DNA of 64,000 nt from Mobula hypostoma (taxonomy: Eukaryota): NCBI RefSeq assembly GCF_963921235.1, contig NC_086097.1:209500001-209564000 (forward strand), read 5' to 3'. Below, piece after piece: positions 62,155-64,000 of this stretch (positions are counted from its first letter, which is position 1; every line of letters begins with the position of its first letter). The position numbers and the translations under genes were made by a program. The notes beneath the pieces were generated by a model, which saw only the letters and a list, made by a program, of their open reading frames with translations, had not been told where the DNA came from and did not search any database.

Positions 62155-64000
62155 CAGAATCAGGTTTAATATCACTGGTATATGTTGTGCAATTTGTTGT
62201 TTTGTGGCAGCAGTACATTGCAACACAAAATTTAGGAGCCACGTATCTGTTTCCTCTCTGTATTTTATTCTGTGTGTGTTTATCTGGTAAATAGACACGT
62301 GGGTGCGGAGGGCGCAGTAAAATCATAGGATTTAGTTATGTATTGTGATTTGTTCTCAGCAGTTTGTAGTGGGGGGGCTGATGGATGTCATATCTTTGCA
62401 GATTGCTCAATTATGCTTAACTTGGGTATGCTTAAGTTTCATCACTTCAAAATTATATGTTTGCTAATTAATAAAGGATCAAATACATATGTTCTATTTA
62501 TTTATTTTGGAATAATCATTATTGGTGTCGAGAGCGTGTCGTGCAAGTGTAACAAATCCACAGGAGTCACCAACAGCGGTAATTGGTTTTGTTAGAATTA
62601 CATATAATAATACAATAATAAAAACTGTAAATTACAATAAGAAGTATAAAGTTTGTATGCGTGTGTGTCTATATCTCTATATCCTGTACCACCACCTCGA
62701 TGGTAGCAATGAAAAGATGGTGGGGATCCTTAATGACAGATGCTGCCTTTTTGAGGCATCGCCATTTGAAAATGTCCTCGATGTTGGGGAGGCTACTGCC
62801 CATTATGGAGCTGACCGGTTTACAATTTTCTGCATCTTTTTCTGATCCTGTGCAGTGGCCCCTCCATACCAGATAGTGATGCAACCAGTTAGAATGTTCT
62901 CCATGGTACATCTATAGAAATTTGCAAGTGTCTTTGGTAACATGCCAATTCTTCTCAAACTCCTAATGAAATGTAGCTACTTTCATGCCTTCTTTATAAT
63001 TGCATCAATATAAAGATAGATCCTCAGAAATGCTGACATCCAGGAACTTGAAACTGCTCACACTTTCCACTTCTGGTCCCTCGATGTGTTGCCTTAACTT
63101 CCCCCTCCTGGCCCACAATCAGTTCCTTGGTATTAATGACATTGATTGCAAGGTTATTTCTGTGACGCCACTCAACCAGCTGATCTATCTCACTCCTGTG
63201 TGACAAGGAGGCATCTTCTGAATATCTGCCAACAATAGTTGTGTCGCTGGCATATTTATGGATGGCTTTTGAGTGGTGTCTAGCTGCACAATCATGGGTA
63301 CAGAGAGTAGAGCATTGGACAATGTGCATATCCTTGAGATGCTCCAGTTTGGTTATCAACGAGGTAGAGATGTTATTTTCAATCCACACAGACTGTGATC
63401 TCCTAGTGAGGAGGTCGAGCATCAGGTTGCAGAGGGAGGTACAGAGACCCAGGTTTTAAAATAGAAGCATAGAAAATAGGTGCAAGAGTAGGCCATTCGA
63501 CCCTTCGAGCCTGCACTGCCATTCAGTACGATCATGGCTGATCATCCAAGTCAGAACCTTGTACAAGCCTTCCCCCCCATACCCCCGATCCCTTTAGCCA
63601 CAAGGGCCTTATCTAACTCTCTCTTAAATATAGCCAATGAACTGGCCTCAACTGTTTCCTGTGGCAGAGAATTCCACAGATTCATCACTCTCTGTGTGAA
63701 GAAGTTTTTCCTCATCTCGGTCCTAAAAGGCTTCCTCTTTATCCTCAAACTGTGACCTCTCAGTCTGGACTTCCCCAACATCGGGAACAATCTTCCTGCA
63801 TCTAGCCTGTCCAATCCCTTTAGAATTTTATACGTTTCAATAAGATCCCCCCCAATCTTCTAAATTCCGGAGAGTTTTGGAGCTTGTTGATCAGACCAGT
63901 AGGAACGATTGTGTTGAATGCTGAGGCGTAGTCAATAAACAGCAGCCTGATGTAGGTATTACTATTGTACAGGTGATCCAAGGCCAAGTGCAAAGCCAAA
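62155..64000 (-). mobile_element. Rex1/Babar LINE interrupted by an unknown insert (about 62228-62599) and a CR1 tail
   Basis: Reverse cagaatcaggttta tail; minus-strand RT remnants LDLLTRRSQSV, IHKYASDTTIVG, NNLAINVINTKELIV. Confidence 0.85.
63460..63870 (-). mobile_element. CR1 3' fragment nested in Rex1
   Basis: Minus-strand ORF DRLDAGRLFPMLGKSRLRGHSLRI...FFTQRVMNLWNSLP. Confidence 0.9.

Overview
Repeat-dense eukaryotic (vertebrate) DNA. The repeat families suggest a cartilaginous fish, probably a ray; this is an inference. Two + strand host genes are present. (1) The 3' part of a multi-PLAT/LH2-domain gene, reconstructed by hand as 9 phase-compatible GT-AG exons from 3514 to 37166 (350 codons plus stop); the ORF track largely misses it. 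Its position and orientation directly upstream of XKR4 suggest the long PLAT-containing extension of RP1 (LOXHD1-like). (2) Coding exon 1 of XKR4 (41269-41924) in a CpG-rich promoter region; the rest of the window appears to be XKR4 intron 1. The remainder is mostly transposon debris: CR1 and Rex1/Babar LINEs, three clear solo LTRs, a Tigger/pogo element, a Tc1 derivative, V- and CORE-SINEs, and many Penelope-like (PLE) inserts. The most notable system is the PLE family. Its 3' terminal repeat carries a minimal type I hammerhead ribozyme motif, many copies are TSD-flanked fold-back (palindromic) inserts of about 170 bp to 2.2 kb, their truncation and turn-around points cluster in the ribozyme, and one subfamily shares a non-canonical core (CUGCNGA). 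No prokaryotic features, CRISPR arrays, rRNA or genuine tRNA genes were seen. All coordinates were read by eye, and degraded repeat boundaries are approximate.
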